A stretch of 64,000 bases of DNA from Dictyostelium discoideum (lineage: Eukaryota): the NCBI GenBank assembly GCA_000004695.1, contig CM000155.2, positions 256,001 through 320,000 of the forward strand. Direction: 5' to 3'. Positions 61,760-64,000 of the stretch are shown here, one piece after another. The notes under the pieces were generated by a model. It was not told where the DNA came from. It saw nothing but the letters and a program-made list of their open reading frames with translations, and did not search any database. Numbering within the stretch: the stretch's first letter is position 1; each line of letters opens with the position of its first letter. The position numbers were made by a program, and so were the translations under genes.

Positions 61760-63147
61760 CCATAATAATTTATTTTTTTATAAAAAAAAAAAAAAAATAC
61801 TTACTTTTCAGTTACAATATAATCCCAATTTAAATTTAAAATCATTGTTAAATCTTTAACAGACATAATATAAATTGAATTTGAAAATGCAATTGGTGAA
61901 AATATTGAAAGTAATAATTTTACAGAAACACTAAATTCATTTTTTGAAACGAAAATACCACAAATATTAATTGCAATTACAATTACAAATGATAATAAAC
62001 CACAAAATTTGGAATTATTAAAAAATATACTAAAAATAAATGATAATAATAATAATGTTATCAAGTATAATACAAATGTTATGATTACAATACCCCAACT
62101 TGTAGAATAAATTAATTGACTACCTTTAAATATGACAACAATTAATAGTGTGACTGGCAATGATGTTATTAAACTTGTGATAATCCATGAACTGAAATAC
62201 GCCAATGAATTCAATGACATCATTCTCATTGCTTCTACAATTTTAGTTTCTTTTTCAATTACAACATCTGTAACTAGCCTAAAACTAAACATCATCAATG
62301 CCGCTGTAATGAACACACTTCCTGCTGACTTAATAATTGCGTCTCTTCCTGTTATCCATTCTTGCCATAGCTCTGTATATGGATCTGGGTAATGTCTACC
62401 TGATATATTTAATACCATATCCAATCCAAAGTATCCAAAAATAGCTTGATCCATTGCAACTTGAATCGATGCGAAATTATCATTTAAATAGATACTACTA
62501 TCACCTCCATCAACTTTACCAGTTTCTGATGTGTCTGCTGTATCGTCACTATCTAATCTAATATTATACCCGAATTGGCCACCTGCTGCTATTGGGTCAT
62601 TATTATTACCACCACCACCACCATTAGTGCTACTATTAAACCAAACACCACCATAAACCATCATTGAATAATTTTTGAAAAATGATTCCATTAAAGTACG
62701 ATCATTAATTTCCATGAAAAAATCTTGAACCTCTGCTACTGTTAAACCTCTAGCAGTTGCAACTTGTTCTTTCATTGTTTCAATTACACCACTTTGATCA
62801 TTATTTAATGATCCTTCACTACCATATAATAATTTATTTTCAGGTCCAACTCTTCTTGAAAATGTTGTTACATCAATTGAGTTATAATCAGAATTTGTAA
62901 CTTTAATTAAAGCTTTAATAAATAAATAAATAAATAAATAAAATAAATAATTAGTTTTCCATAATTTATTTTTTTAAAAAAAAAAAAAATAAAAAAAAAA
63001 AAAAAAAAAAAACTTACCTAAAATTGCAAATAATACACCAATAATTACAATCGGAAAAACAATTTCACAACAAATTGAACATTTTGATTTCCCTTTTAAT
63101 AAAAGATTCTTTTTTAATAAAGTTTTTAATTGTCTTCCAAATTCCAT
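57947..63147 (-). CDS. ABC transporter, ABCA subfamily, full transporter (TMD-NBD-TMD-NBD), ~1630 aa. Exons approx 63018..63147, 61805..62912, 58411..61706, 57947..58308.
   Basis: Exon 1 MEFGRQLKTLLKKNLLLKGKSKCSICCEIVFPIVIIGVLFAIL|gtaagt (ABCA-type N-terminus). Exon 2 contains the large extracellular-loop region, with donor GAAAA|gtaagt at about 61804. Exon 3 holds NBD1 (LGPNGCGKSTTIGMLTGL Walker A; LSGGQKRKLCLGIAFIG signature; IIFLDEVTSGMDP Walker B; TIILTTHYLEEAD), then TMD2, then NBD2 (LGLNGGGKSTTLSMLSGE; YSGGNKRKVSLSMAM; VCFLDEISCGCDA; IILTSHSMSEVEALC). Donor TGTA|gtatgtat at about 58410. Exon 4 (acceptor tttttcttag|GTCGTATT) SRITIMKEGKYTCLNTIQGVKNRFGAGY, which is the conserved ABCA C-terminal block. 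Confidence 0.85.
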
Positions 63148-63231
63148 TTTTGGATAAAAAAAAAAAGAAAAAAAAAAAAAAAAAAAAATTTATAAAAAAA
63201 AAATAGATTTAATACAAATAAAAAAAAAAAA

Positions 63232-63268
<37 letters not shown>

Positions 63269-63297
63269 GTTGGGGTTTAAAAATAGGTTATAATTAG

Positions 63298-63329
<32 letters not shown>

Positions 63330-63622
63330 GTCAAAATAATGGATTTAAGAATAAAAAAAAAAAATTAATAAAAAAAAAAAAAATTAAATAAAAAAAAATA
63401 AAATGAATAAAAAATAAGATATTAGCTATTATATATATAACCTTGGATTAAAAATAATCATAAATTCTTACCTTTAAGATCAAAATAGGAGGAGTGTGTT
63501 GGAACCGTATAAAAAAAAAAAAAAAATTAAAAATAGAAAATGTAATGTTATATTAATAAATTTTTTTATTTTTTTTAATTTTTTTTTTTTTTACTGATTT
63601 TTTGAGTAATCCCAAAAAAAAA

Positions 63623-63653
<31 letters not shown>

Positions 63654-63915
63654 AATATAAAATTTTTTTTTAAAACAAAAATAAAAACAATTGTTTAAAT
63701 TACTATGATATTTATTTATTGCAACCCCTTTGTGATTTAATTGTTTTTATTTATTTTTTTATTTTTTGAAATTTACAATCAAAAAAATCTTTTTTCTGTT
63801 TAAAAATCTAGATTTTTTTTTTTTTTTTTTTATTTGATAACTTATGAAACTTTTATACCATATCTTATTTTTTATTATTATTATTATTATTTTTATTTTT
63901 ATTTTTATTATTTAA

Positions 63916-64000
63916 AGGTTGACAGTCCAATTTTTACTATTTGCATCTAATTGTTTATATCTCATTAATTCTTTAATTCCTGAATCAACCTCTATTATAT
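63916..64000 (-). CDS. 3'-terminal fragment of an unidentified minus-strand gene that continues beyond the right edge of the window.
   Basis: The reverse complement of 63916..64000 reads ...IIEVDSGIKELMRYKQLDANSKNWTVNL* with a stop (TAA) at 63913..63915. It has coding-like composition, unlike the surrounding poly(A/T) DNA. No family call is possible from 28 residues. Confidence 0.3.

Overview
The window is AT-rich (about 75-80% A+T) eukaryotic nuclear DNA with the hallmarks of a dictyostelid social amoeba such as Dictyostelium discoideum. Coding islands are interrupted by poly(A)/poly(T) intergenic tracts. Introns are short, bounded by GTAAGT/GTATGT-type donors and (T)nAG acceptors. Several genes begin with a micro first exon. 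Proteins carry long in-frame AAT/CAA repeats giving poly-N/poly-Q tracts. No prokaryotic operons, CRISPR arrays or rRNA genes are present.

I can support about 28 protein-coding genes, mostly spliced and on both strands, plus one tRNA-Leu(CAA). Conserved housekeeping genes recognised from motifs are eIF3 subunit K, SRP72, COMMD6, RNase H2 subunit C, POP5, isopeptidase T (USP5/UbpA-like), PDI (HDEL), dehydrodolichyl-PP synthase, NOL6/Nrap, COQ6, a Rab GTPase, an ABCA full transporter and a mitochondrial-carrier-like protein. There is also an inverted pair of near-identical class I SAM methyltransferase genes about 17 kb apart.

The most unusual element is a single ~12.4 kb gene (~4080 aa) that combines large ankyrin-repeat arrays with a complete bacterial-type SecA ATPase motor (NBD1-PPXD-NBD2) near its C-terminus. 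A second unusual architecture is an F-box/LRR protein fused to a canonical two-component receiver domain.

Exon coordinates were derived by hand from splice motifs and frame continuity, so they may be off by 1-3 nt.
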